Shown here: positions 35,761 to 45,431 of the stretch, in pieces
Numbering within the stretch: the stretch's first letter is position 1
How the letters are laid out: every line of letters starts with the position of its first letter
NCBI GenBank assembly: GCA_963841915.1
Contig: CAWJEN010000006.1
Location: 704,001-768,000 of the forward strand
Origin: an uncultured Planctomycetota bacterium
Lineage (GTDB): Bacteria > Planctomycetota > Phycisphaerae > Tepidisphaerales > Tepidisphaeraceae
Length of the DNA: 64,000 nucleotides
Reading direction: 5' to 3'
Notes under the pieces: generated by a model
Databases searched by the model: none
The model's input: only the letters and a program-made list of their open reading frames with translations
Told to the model about the DNA's origin: nothing
Translations under genes and position numbers: made by a program

Positions 35761-38071
35761 GTGTCTGCAGTTGAGCCGCACCCATTGACGAGGATGGCTT
35801 TCTGGCTGGCGGTGCCGTTGGCGGCGGCGCGGGCGTTGTCGCTGATCTACCTGCGGGACACTCGAGCCGGTGCTGCCCCTGGCACCGACGGACGCCATGC
35901 CCGCGACGTTTGCCGGGCCGTCGGTGTCGGTGGTGCTCGACCTGCTCTGCTTGCTTCCGGCGATCCTGGTGCTGCTCAGGCGGGCGGTCGACGACTCGTT
36001 CCGCCTGCCGCCCGTGGCTGGCATCGGCTTTGCATGGTGCTGCTGTCGGTATGGGCGTTCACCAGCATGGGCTGGGCCAGCGACGCGTTTGCGGCAGGCG
36101 TTGGCGGCATCGACATGGCTCGCGGCGGCGGCGTTGCTGTTCGCCATCGCCGGCAGCGTCCGGTCGTGGGGCGACACCCGAGTTTGTGCGGGCCTGCTCG
36201 TCGGCATCCTTGCCGCGAATGTGCTGACCGGACTGTGGTTCCTCACCAGTGAGCTGCCGGCGACGATCGAGCAGTTTGAGTCGAACATCGAGGCCAACCT
36301 TCGCGCCCGTGGCATGACGCCGGGCAGCACGTCGGCCGACTTGTTCATGGGCCGCATGAAACGCGGCGAATACTTCGGCAACACCTCCAGCGTCAACTCC
36401 TTTGCCGCCACGCTCGGCAGCCTGTCGCTTGTCTCGATCGGCCTCGTCTGGTCGTCGCTGCGAGAAAAGTGTCCGCCTTGGAGCATGTTCGCCGTCGTCT
36501 TCGGCCTGGCCGGCGTCGGCTGTGCCGTGGCCGCCGCCGGTGGGATCGCCGACAGCTATCTCCTGCTCAACCTCGGGACCGTGATTGCGGCGGGTGGGGC
36601 CATCTTCGCACTGTCACGCGATCCGACGCGGCTGGCGGTGCCGAACCTTGTGGTGGTCGCCGGGGCGATGTATTTGTTCCTCCGCACGGGCGGCAGGACA
36701 GCATTGCTGGCGATGGTCATAGCCGGCGGCGCGATGGCATTGCTGTGGCTCGTTCGCAGCCGCCTGAGGTCGTGGATGGGCGCGGCCGTCGTCGCGGCGG
36801 TGCTGGCCGGCGCGGGCGTGTTGCTGCTGTGGGGCATTGCGACAGGTGACATGCCGCACGTGTCGCTGCGGTTTCGACTGTACTACTGGCTCGGCGCGCT
36901 TGGCATGACTGGCGAGTCGCCGCTGCTAGGCGTCGGCTTCGGCAACTTCGGCGATGCCTACCTGCTCCACCGGCCCCTCGCCGCGGCCGAAGAGGTCAAA
37001 GACCCGCACAGCCTGCCGATGCGGTTCCTGGCAGAAACCGGCCTCATCGGCCTCGGCCTTGCCATCGCCTGGCTGCTGACCCTGGGTCGCGACGTGGCCA
37101 AAGCATCGGGGGCGGCGGTCATCGGCAACGTGGCCTCGGCCAAGTTGGCGGCGTGGGTGGCTGTCCTCGCCGGTGTGCTTGCGACAGCAGCAACGCTCGA
37201 CTTTGCTGCCGATCCGGGCTTCGTCGCGCTCGAGGTCATGCAGGCGATCGTCGTCACGCTGGCGATGGCCGCGTGCGTCATCTTTGCCGTGGCTCGATCG
37301 ACGGAGGCGACCGACATCGAGGTTTCACCCGCGCCGGCAGTCGTGGCATCGCTGCTCGCCGCGGCCGGTGCACTGTTGATTCACACAATGCTCGATGTCG
37401 TCCTCTTCTCGGAGAGCGTGCTGTTCATTGCCGTCCTCGTCGTCGGCCCGGTGCTCGGCACGCGGCAAGTCGTCGTCGGCCCGCGCAGGCGGTCGCTGTT
37501 CTTGGTGACAACGGGCGTAGCAGCCATCTCGGCGGTGGTCTACGCAGGCCTTTTCGCATTGCCCGTGGTCTTGGCCGAGTCCTCTGCACAGCAGGGCGAC
37601 CTGCTCGTTCGGCAGAATCGTCCGCAGGAGGCGGTTCGGGCATACGAGGCCGCCTTCGAGCGGTCGCCGATGATCAACGGTGACTACCTCGCCCGCAAGG
37701 GAGATGCGTTGCTGTTTGCTGATGACGCCATCGCCGCCGAGGAGGCGTACGAGGCCGCCGCCGCGACCGCTCCGGCCAACATCAAGTATCTGAGTGCGCT
37801 GGCCACGTTCGCAGAGCGTCGCGGCGACCGGGCGGCGGTGGTCATCCTCCGCGAGCAGATGATCGAACTCAACCCGAGCGAAGTCGCTCTGCGACTCCGG
37901 CTGGCAGACGCTTACGAAGCGGCAGGGCGACCGGCCGATGCCGCGGAGCAACTGAGCACTGCTCTGAACCTTGACGCTGCCTTTGCCGCCGACGAGCCCG
38001 AGCGGTTGGGTGACGAAGTCGTCGACAGCATCAAGTCAAGGATGGCAGCGCTGCGGGCCGAAGCTGACTGA
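35761..38071 (+). CDS. O-antigen ligase / O-oligosaccharyltransferase-like membrane protein with C-terminal TPR repeats; frameshifted at the 5' end
   Basis: TGGRTA, SLRFRLYYW, PLLGVGFGNFG, DPHS...LAETGLIG, LIHTMLD and TPR helices. The plausible reading frame switches near 35860, 36025 and 36105. Confidence 0.8.
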
Positions 38072-38158
38072 CCGGCAGCGTGCACCTTTTCTCCGGCGGC
38101 TACGCTGCCTACCCTTCCCGCCCGACAGCGTCCGCCGCTCTCAAGACCCAAGCACCCC

Positions 38159-38428
38159 ATGGCCTACAAGTACAAGCCCCGCAAGGCCGTAAAGAAGCGT
38201 TTTCGCGTCACTGCCACCGGCAAGCTCAAGCACGAGCGGACGCTGCGTCGCCACCTGCTGAGCAACCGCAGCGGCGACAAGAAGCGTGCGTTGGCCCGGC
38301 CTGACGTGCTCAGCGAGACCCATGCCGGCCCGCTGCGTGTGGCGATGGGCATCTCGGGCCTGAATCCCAAGCGGACCCAGCACAAGCGTCGCCTCAAGGC
38401 GATTGCCGACGCCAAGGCAGAGGCCTAA
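38159..38428 (+). CDS. rpmI: 50S ribosomal protein L35 with C-terminal extension
   Basis: KAVKKRFRVTATGKLK...RHLLSNRSGDKKRAL; lies upstream of rplT. Confidence 0.93.
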   Translation: MAYKYKPRKAVKKRFRVTATGKLKHERTLRRHLLSNRSGDKKRALARPDVLSETHAGPLRVAMGISGLNPKRTQHKRRLKAIADAKAEA

Positions 38429-38525
38429 AGCCTCGCCTGCGTCACCCCCTTCAAGTTGTCGACATGTCGTCGGCACGGCTACGCGTTCACGCCTCTAGCC
38501 CCACAAGACTCCTCACCCCAACCCG

Positions 38526-38909
38526 ATGCCAAGAGTAACAGGCGGCCCCAAGCAGGCCCAGAAACGCAAACGGCTTCTCAAGAAAGCCAAGGGCTTTGTC
38601 GGCCCCCGCGGAACCAACTATCGTCTGGCCAAGGACGCGGTCCGCCGCGCCGGTGCCTACGCGACCGAGCACCGCCGCCAGAAGAAGCGCATGTTCCGCC
38701 AGCTGTGGATCACGCGTTTGTCCGCTGCCTTGTCGATGCACGACATCAGCTACAGCCGCTTTATTCCCGCCGCCCAATTGGCCGGCGTCGAGCTCAACCG
38801 CAAGATGCTCAGCGAGATCGCCATTGCCGATCCCGATGCATTCAAGGCCATTGTCGACCTTGTCCGCCCGCACGTGCACGTGCCGCAGGCGACCGCCCAG
38901 GCCGCTTGA
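38526..38909 (+). CDS. rplT: 50S ribosomal protein L20
   Basis: MPRV...LKKAKGF, RRQKKRMFRQLWITRLSAA, SYSRFI, LNRKMLSEIAIADP. Confidence 0.97.
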   Translation: MPRVTGGPKQAQKRKRLLKKAKGFVGPRGTNYRLAKDAVRRAGAYATEHRRQKKRMFRQLWITRLSAALSMHDISYSRFIPAAQLAGVELNRKMLSEIAIADPDAFKAIVDLVRPHVHVPQATAQAA

Positions 38910-38933
38910 GCACGTCGCTCAACAGCAACAGAT

Positions 38934-38969
38934 GGAGCCGCGTCGCGATGCGACGCGGCTCCTTTCGTT
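38934..38969 (+). terminator. Intrinsic terminator of rpmI-rplT
   Basis: Perfect 13-bp stem GGAGCCGCGTCGC / GCGACGCGGCTCC followed by TTTCGTT. Confidence 0.85.
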
Positions 38970-39007
38970 AGTCGCATTGCCAGGCGTAACCTCCTTGCCC
39001 GCTGCGC

Positions 39008-40327
39008 ATGTCGCGGGCACCTGTTTTGAAGAAGATCGTCGCCATCGTCATCGTGTGTGTCGTCATTGCCGCCATTGCGGCGGGTGTGGCGTCTCGGGGC
39101 GGCGACGACGAGGGCACGGTCGTCCAGGTCGAGGCCGCGACACGCGGTCCGCTCGTCGTCAGCATCACAGCACCTGGTGAGATTCGAGCCGACACGCGGG
39201 TCAGTCTGTCGGCCAGAACCAGTGCTCGCATCATCGAGTTGCCGTTCGAAGAGGGCGACGTCGTCGGCGAAGGTGACGTGCTGGTACGGCTCGACGACGT
39301 CGATGCCAAGGCGAGCGTGCGGTCGGCAGAGGCTAATAAGCGGCAGGCGGAGGCGATTCTGGTGGTCGCCAAGGCACGTCTTCAGGCCGCCGGTGCGGCC
39401 TTGGCAGTCAACGGTGCCAACCTGAACGAAGCGACGCTCGAGCTCGAGCGTCAGCAAAGCCTGTCGGCGTCGAACGACACGAGCCGTCGCGCCGTCGAGT
39501 CCGCCGCCGCCGCCGTTGAACGGCTCAAGGCTCAGGTCGAAACGGACGAGCTGCAGCTTGCCGCCGACGAGGCCAACTTAGAAGCGCTGGCCGCCGCCGT
39601 CGATGCCGCCGGGGCGGGCGTCGAGCGGGCCCGACAGACGCTTGACGACACCATCATCACCAGCCCGATTGCTGGCGTCGTGACGCGACTCAACGCTGAG
39701 GTCGGCGAGGTTGTCGTCGTCGGCACGATGAATAACGCGGGCACGGTCATCCTCGAGGTGGCGGACCTGCAGACGATGATCTGCGTGGCAGAAGTCGACG
39801 AGGCGAGCGTCGCCAGCGTGTCGGTCGGTCAGGCGGCGACGGTGCGATCAGCGGCTTACGACGACATGCCGTTGCCCGGCGTCGTCCGCAGCGTCGCGCT
39901 GGCCAAGACCACGGACCTTCGCAGCGACGACACCGGCTACTACGAAGTCGAAATCGTCCTTGAGCTCGATAAATTCGGCGACAGCTTCCGCAGGCTCAGC
40001 GGGCTGACGAGCGATGTCGAGATCGAGACGCAGAAGCTCGACAACGTGCTGCGTGTGCCAAGCCAATCGGTGGTCGGCCGCCGCGTCGACAGTCTGCCGG
40101 ACGATGTTCGAGATAGCGAAGCCCTCGACAAGGGGCTGGCGTTTGCCCCCGTTGTCTACCGCATCGAAGGCGGCGTCGCAGTGGCAGTGCCGGTCAGGAT
40201 CGGCGAAAGCGACCTGCTGCAGACGAGCATCGACGTCGGCATCGAAGAGGGTGACGAGGTCGTGATCGGCCCGTTCCAGACCCTCGACGGCCTCACAGCC
40301 GGCACCAAGCTGAGGAAGAACGAATGA
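39008..40327 (+). CDS. Efflux periplasmic adaptor (MacA/HlyD family)
   Basis: N-terminal TM helix, EEGDVVGEGDVLVRLD lipoyl half, coiled coil, IITSPIAGVV, EVDEASV, LRVPSQSV. Confidence 0.9.
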   Translation: MSRAPVLKKIVAIVIVCVVIAAIAAGVASRGGDDEGTVVQVEAATRGPLVVSITAPGEIRADTRVSLSARTSARIIELPFEEGDVVGEGDVLVRLDDVDAKASVRSAEANKRQAEAILVVAKARLQAAGAALAVNGANLNEATLELERQQSLSASNDTSRRAVESAAAAVERLKAQVETDELQLAADEANLEALAAAVDAAGAGVERARQTLDDTIITSPIAGVVTRLNAEVGEVVVVGTMNNAGTVILEVADLQTMICVAEVDEASVASVSVGQAATVRSAAYDDMPLPGVVRSVALAKTTDLRSDDTGYYEVEIVLELDKFGDSFRRLSGLTSDVEIETQKLDNVLRVPSQSVVGRRVDSLPDDVRDSEALDKGLAFAPVVYRIEGGVAVAVPVRIGESDLLQTSIDVGIEEGDEVVIGPFQTLDGLTAGTKLRKNE

Positions 40328-41076
40328 TGCCGCAGACGCATTCGTACCAGCAGCCGGCCGCGTCCACAGGTGTGCTTCTCCAGCTGCGCGGCATCAAAAA
40401 GCGGTACGAAGTCGGTGGCGAGATCGTCCGAGCCCTCGACGGCGTCGACCTCGACATCACCCGCGGTGAGTACGTCGCCATCATGGGCGCCAGCGGTAGC
40501 GGCAAGTCGACGCTCATGAACCTGCTCGGCTGCCTCGATCGGCCGACGGACGGCACGTACGAGCTGGCGGGAAAACGCGTCGACGCCATGCCCGCCGCCG
40601 AGCTGGCGGGTGTGCGGAATCGAGAGATCGGCTTTGTGTTCCAAAGTTTCGAGTTGCTCGCCCGGCAGACGGCGCTTCGCAACGTCGAGCTGCCGTTGCT
40701 GTACAGCGACGACGCCTACCGCGACCGCCGCACCCTGGCCGAGGCAGCCTTGCGGATCGTCGGGCTCGGTGACCGCATGACGCACCGTCCAAGCCAGCTT
40801 TCAGGGGGTCAGCGGCAACGCGTCGCGATCGCCCGGGCCCTCGTCAACAAGCCGGCCATCCTGCTCGCCGACGAGCCGACGGGAGCACTCGATTCGAAGA
40901 CGACCGACGATATTCTGCAGCTGTTTGCCGACCTGCACACGAGTGGACAGACGATTATCGTCGTGACGCACGAGGCCGACGTGGCCGCCCGGGCTGGTCG
41001 GATCATCCGCATGAGCGACGGCAAAATCATCGCCGACGAAGCCAACGTGCCGGCCCAGGCCAAGGTGGCGGCGTGA
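40324..41076 (+). CDS. ABC transporter ATP-binding protein (MacB/LolD-like)
   Basis: GASGSGKST, IGFVFQSF, LSGGQRQRVAIARAL, LLADEPTG, VTHE. Confidence 0.95.
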   Translation: MMPQTHSYQQPAASTGVLLQLRGIKKRYEVGGEIVRALDGVDLDITRGEYVAIMGASGSGKSTLMNLLGCLDRPTDGTYELAGKRVDAMPAAELAGVRNREIGFVFQSFELLARQTALRNVELPLLYSDDAYRDRRTLAEAALRIVGLGDRMTHRPSQLSGGQRQRVAIARALVNKPAILLADEPTGALDSKTTDDILQLFADLHTSGQTIIVVTHEADVAARAGRIIRMSDGKIIADEANVPAQAKVAA

Positions 41077-42317
41077 TCAGATACGTCGTCGTCGTGCTCG
41101 TCAGCATTCGGCTGGCGTTGTCGCAGGTTTGGGCCAACAAGGTCCGGGCGGCGCTGACCACGTTGGGCATCATCATCGGCGTCGCCAGCGTCACGCTCGT
41201 CATCGCCAGCGTCGTCGGCCTCGAGCGGGCGGTGCTGAGCGAGGTCGGCAAGTTCGGGGCCAACAACCTGTTCATCCTGCCCGATCGGCCTGACGAAGGG
41301 CCGGACTCCGAGCTGCCGTTTCGGCTGTTCAACTTCAAGCCTGACGAGTTTGAAGGGTTGGCAGAGGTTGCCCCGAGCATCAGCGGATTTACCCGGGTGA
41401 CGAACCGCCGACTCGGCGTCCGCAACGGCGACGAGCAGTTCACGAAGCAGGTCACCGGCATCGACGCCGCCTGGCACGACGTAGAGAGTCGCCAGGTCAT
41501 CATCGGTCGGCCATTCACGCTGCTCGACCGTGAACGCGGGGCCTCCGTGTGCCTGATCGATGAAGAGACCCGTGACGAGCTGAAATTACCGACCGATCCG
41601 ACGGGCCAGGACGTGCTCATCGGCGGCAGGCGGTTCCGCGTGGTCGGCGTCGTCGAAGAAGACCGTCGGCCCAACTTTGGTGGCGGCCCACCTGAGACGC
41701 AGGTCTACGTGCCGTTCGACACGCTCAATGCCATGGACCCGAATCCGTGGCAGTTCGTCTACGTCGCTGCGTCGGCGGTCGATGCCCAGAGTGTCGAGGA
41801 GGCTGCGGGCCAAGTGACGTTTTACCTGCGGAACCGTCGCGGCATTGGTCCGGGTGAGCAGGACACGTTTCAGGTGAAACGCGTCGAGGCGGCGATCGAT
41901 CAGATCCGCAACATCGGCCGAATCATCACGTTTGCCGCCGCCGGTGTCGTCGGCATCTCGCTGGTTGTCGGCGGAATCGGCATCATGAACATCATGCTCG
42001 TCAGCGTCAGCGAACGCACCCGCGAGATCGGCCTGCGGAAAGCCGTCGGTGCCCGACCGGCCGTCATCCTGATTCAGTTCCTTGTCGAGGCCATTGTGCT
42101 GTGTCTCGTCGGCGGACTCATCGGCCTAGGCATTGGTCAGGCGGCCACCTTCACGCTGCGGTCGCTGCCCGACTCGCCGCTCGCCGAAGCCGCCATCCCG
42201 CCTTGGGCCATCGCGCTTGCCTTCGGCTTCTCCGCTGCCGTCGGTCTCATCTTCGGCATGTTCCCGGCCATCAAGGCCAGCCGGCTCGATCCTATTGTCG
42301 CGTTGCGTCACGAATGA
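41073..42317 (+). CDS. MacB-family ABC transporter permease
   Basis: RAALTTLGIIIGVASV, ISLVVGGIGIMNIMLVSVSERTREIGLRKAVGA, PAIKASRLDPIVALRHE. Confidence 0.95.
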   Translation: MIRYVVVVLVSIRLALSQVWANKVRAALTTLGIIIGVASVTLVIASVVGLERAVLSEVGKFGANNLFILPDRPDEGPDSELPFRLFNFKPDEFEGLAEVAPSISGFTRVTNRRLGVRNGDEQFTKQVTGIDAAWHDVESRQVIIGRPFTLLDRERGASVCLIDEETRDELKLPTDPTGQDVLIGGRRFRVVGVVEEDRRPNFGGGPPETQVYVPFDTLNAMDPNPWQFVYVAASAVDAQSVEEAAGQVTFYLRNRRGIGPGEQDTFQVKRVEAAIDQIRNIGRIITFAAAGVVGISLVVGGIGIMNIMLVSVSERTREIGLRKAVGARPAVILIQFLVEAIVLCLVGGLIGLGIGQAATFTLRSLPDSPLAEAAIPPWAIALAFGFSAAVGLIFGMFPAIKASRLDPIVALRHE

Positions 42318-43924
42318 AGTGCAAGCTCCTCATCGCAACGTGTTGCCCACTGCTCGCCGGTTGTGCCGGCAGCCTTGACTCATACTCGCTTCCGCCGCGG
42401 GCGGTTAAGACGGTCGAGCCGCTCGACCTCGAACCAGCAACAAGGCCGACGACGCAGCCTGCCGCCGACTCCCTCACCCTCACCCTTGGCGATGCGAGGT
42501 CGCTGGCGCTGGCGAACAACCTCGACCTAGAGGTCGATCGTCTTGATATCGCCGTAGCGGGCAGCGACCTCAACGCAGAGCAGGCGACTTTCGAGGCCTT
42601 CTTCGAGGTCGACGCCCGCTACGCCAAGCTCGACTCGCCGATCGTGAACCAGACGGTCTTTCCGGCCGACGGTGGCGGTGGTGAGCCGGCGGTGCTGCGC
42701 GTGCTCGGCGGCCAGAGCGACGCCATCAGCATTGACCCGGCCATCGTCCAGCCGCTCCGCAGCGGCGGGCAGATCCGGCTGTCGACGCCGTTCGACCGCA
42801 TCACGACCGACACCGGCCGCGTGCTCAACCCGCAGTACGAGCAGGACGTGCGCGTGTCGATCAGTCAGCCGTTGCTACGCGGGTTCGGCAGCGACGCGAC
42901 GGAGCGCGGCATCCGCGTCGCGGCGGCGCGGGTCGGCCAGGCGCGGGCACGGCAGAAGCTTGGCGTCGTGCAGACGCTCGCCGCCGTCGACCGTGCGTAC
43001 TGGAATCTGTGGGCCGGGCGAAGTGCCGTCGATGTTCGGCAGATGCAGCTCGACCTTGCTCAGCAGCAGGCCGACCGGGCGAGGCGTCGCTTCGAAGCGG
43101 GTGATCTGCCCGAGGTCGATGCTGTCCGCGCCGACAGCGCGGCAGCGGACGCGAGAGATCTGCTGGTGCGTGCTGAGACGCAGGCCGAGCGGCAATCGCG
43201 ACAGCTCAAGGTGTTGCTGAATGCCGATCTTGACTCGCCATTGAACGTGGCCGATCCGTCTCGGGTCGAGCCGGCGTCGCCACCCGTGCCGGTGGCGTAT
43301 GACCTTGATGCGGATCGTTTGGCCGACGTCGCACTGGCACGGCGAGGTGATCTGCTGGAGGCCGAACTGCGTGTCGCCGAGGCGCGGGCGGATGAGTTGG
43401 CCTCCCGCAACGCCGCCTTTCGGCCGCGGCTCGATGTGACGTACGAGATCGGCATCAACGGCCTCGGCGGTGACTACGGCGATGCCGTCGACACGCTTGG
43501 AGACGGCAACTTCCAGGACCACGTCGTCGGGCTGCGCTTCGAGCAGCCTCTTGGCAACAGGCAAAGGCGTGCGCAGCAGCGGTCGGCCTTGCTCCGCCGG
43601 GCCGTGCGTCTGGCCGACGTGCGGCAGCGCGAGCTGTTGGTCAGGCAACAGGTCTACGACGCGGTCGGTTCGATCAACGACGGCTATCGACGGATCGAAA
43701 CAGCCGCCCAGCGGGTCACCGCGGCGAGGCGTCTGGTTGACGCCGAGACGCGAAGGTTCGACGCCGGGGCTGCATCGAACGCAGAGCTGCTGGAGGCTCA
43801 GACGGCCTTGGCGTCGGCGGAACTGGCGTATGCCGAGGCGGTTGCGGGATACGAGGTGGCGCGGGTCGATCTGGCCGAAGCGACGGGGACGGTACTGGGC
43901 AAGACCGGTGTCGTGATCGAGTGA
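42314..43924 (+). CDS. TolC-family outer-membrane channel (lipoprotein)
   Basis: ATGA overlap, LAG/C lipobox, ALANNLDL, SQPLLRGFG, AYWNL, ELLEAQ; last gene of the MacAB-like operon. Confidence 0.9.
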   Translation: MKCKLLIATCCPLLAGCAGSLDSYSLPPRAVKTVEPLDLEPATRPTTQPAADSLTLTLGDARSLALANNLDLEVDRLDIAVAGSDLNAEQATFEAFFEVDARYAKLDSPIVNQTVFPADGGGGEPAVLRVLGGQSDAISIDPAIVQPLRSGGQIRLSTPFDRITTDTGRVLNPQYEQDVRVSISQPLLRGFGSDATERGIRVAAARVGQARARQKLGVVQTLAAVDRAYWNLWAGRSAVDVRQMQLDLAQQQADRARRRFEAGDLPEVDAVRADSAAADARDLLVRAETQAERQSRQLKVLLNADLDSPLNVADPSRVEPASPPVPVAYDLDADRLADVALARRGDLLEAELRVAEARADELASRNAAFRPRLDVTYEIGINGLGGDYGDAVDTLGDGNFQDHVVGLRFEQPLGNRQRRAQQRSALLRRAVRLADVRQRELLVRQQVYDAVGSINDGYRRIETAAQRVTAARRLVDAETRRFDAGAASNAELLEAQTALASAELAYAEAVAGYEVARVDLAEATGTVLGKTGVVIE

Positions 43925-43954
43925 CGAAGCCACTGACGTGGCTCCGCCCACGCG

Positions 43955-44584
43955 TCACGCTGATGCTCCGACAAGCTGCGTGATGAGCGTTGCGGCCTCA
44001 TGAAGTTTCTGGGCGAACGTCTGAGACGCGGGAAGGTGTCGCGTGAGCGGATGGTGGCCCCAGAGCTGAGCCAGCAGTTTTCCGCTTTCAATGGCCGCGT
44101 CGGAGGATTCAAACCGAACGGCGTTGCTGGCGTCGCCGTCGTAGTGGCCGAGCGTTGCCGCCGTCTCGAGCAGGACGACGGCGTCGTAGCGGGCGAATTC
44201 GTCGGCAGGCGACGAGTCCACGGCATGCCAGTAGTCGACCGGCCCGCCCGGCCAGTACGCGCTGCCGTCGACGGTGCCGCGGTCGAGCAGGACGAGCCTT
44301 GCTCCGGCCTTCGTGGCTGCCTCATCGGCGGCGGCTTCCTGTTCAAGCTGGTGCCGGTAGATCTCGCGTTGGACGTCGCGGCGGGCGTCGTCGTCGATGG
44401 TGTCCCACCGCACGCCTCTGCGGCCGTAAACGCTGGTCGCCGCTTCGCTGACAGCCTCGACGCCGCCCACTGTGTCGCGCCAAGCGTGCCAGGCCGGCGA
44501 TGCGGTCAGGGCCGAGACGATGCTCGTCTTACCTGCCCCGGGGCCGCCGGTGAGGACGATGCGGATTGGCGATCGATCGGGCAC
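43955..44584 (-). CDS. AAA_28 / NadR-Ttd14-like P-loop NTPase
   Basis: IVLTGGPGAGKTS, SEAAT, LLDRGTVDGSAY, RYDAVVLLETAA, NAVRFES. Confidence 0.8.
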   Translation of the reverse strand: MPDRSPIRIVLTGGPGAGKTSIVSALTASPAWHAWRDTVGGVEAVSEAATSVYGRRGVRWDTIDDDARRDVQREIYRHQLEQEAAADEAATKAGARLVLLDRGTVDGSAYWPGGPVDYWHAVDSSPADEFARYDAVVLLETAATLGHYDGDASNAVRFESSDAAIESGKLLAQLWGHHPLTRHLPASQTFAQKLHEAATLITQLVGASA

Positions 44585-44643
44585 CGGCGTCACGGTAGAA
44601 CTGACGCAGTGCAACGGCCGCCGCAAAGCCGTAATGTGCGGCC

Positions 44644-45402
44644 ATGAAGCTCCCCAGCCGTCGTGTTGCCGGTCGCCTGCTCGCGTGCAGCGTGATGTTC
44701 CTTGTCGCCGGCTGTGACACCAAGGGTTGCCGCACCGACAACTCCAGCGGCCTGCCCGCGGCGACCTTGCCCGTCACGACCTTCGGCAGCGCGAGCATCG
44801 GTGGTAGCGTCACCTTCGCCGGCACCACGCCCGAGCCTCGCGTGCTCGAAGAAAGCGAAACTTGCGGCGTCGTGATGGACGAAACGCTTGTCGTCGCCAC
44901 CGACGGCGGCTTGGCGAACGTGCTCGTTTACCTCGACGGTGCCGACGCCAGCACAGGCGAAGGCCGCGAGGCTGCCCAGCTGGATCAAAGCGGCTGCCGA
45001 TTCGTCCCGCGGACGCTGGCCGTCCAGGTCGGTCAGGAGCTACAGATCGTCAACGGCGACCCGACGCGGCACAACGTCCGCTTCGCACCCGCCCGTAACG
45101 AACGACAGAACCTTATTTTCGCCAAGGGCGGCGACCGTGAGACAGTCGTTTTCGATCGTCCCGAAGCCATGCCCTTCACCGTCAAGTGCGACATTCATCC
45201 GTGGATGGCCGCCAGCGTGGGCGTGTTTGATCATCCGTTCTTCGCCACGACCGATGAGAAAGGGCAGTACGCCATCGAACAAGTCCCGGCTGGCAGCTAC
45301 GAGGTGGTCGCGTGGCACGAGCTGCTTGGTGAGCGTCGCGAGGCGGTCGTTGTCGCCGGGGACGAGGTCGCCAGCGTCGACTTCAGCTTCGCCCGCGAGT
45401 GA
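44644..45402 (+). CDS. Lipoprotein with cupredoxin-like and carboxypeptidase-regulatory-like domains
   Basis: VAG/C lipobox, LDQSGCRFVP, NGDPTRHNV, KCDIHPWM, HPFFATTDEKGQY, AWHE. Confidence 0.8.
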   Translation: MKLPSRRVAGRLLACSVMFLVAGCDTKGCRTDNSSGLPAATLPVTTFGSASIGGSVTFAGTTPEPRVLEESETCGVVMDETLVVATDGGLANVLVYLDGADASTGEGREAAQLDQSGCRFVPRTLAVQVGQELQIVNGDPTRHNVRFAPARNERQNLIFAKGGDRETVVFDRPEAMPFTVKCDIHPWMAASVGVFDHPFFATTDEKGQYAIEQVPAGSYEVVAWHELLGERREAVVVAGDEVASVDFSFARE

Positions 45403-45431
45403 AGTCGGCGGCGGGGCTATAACGTGGCATC

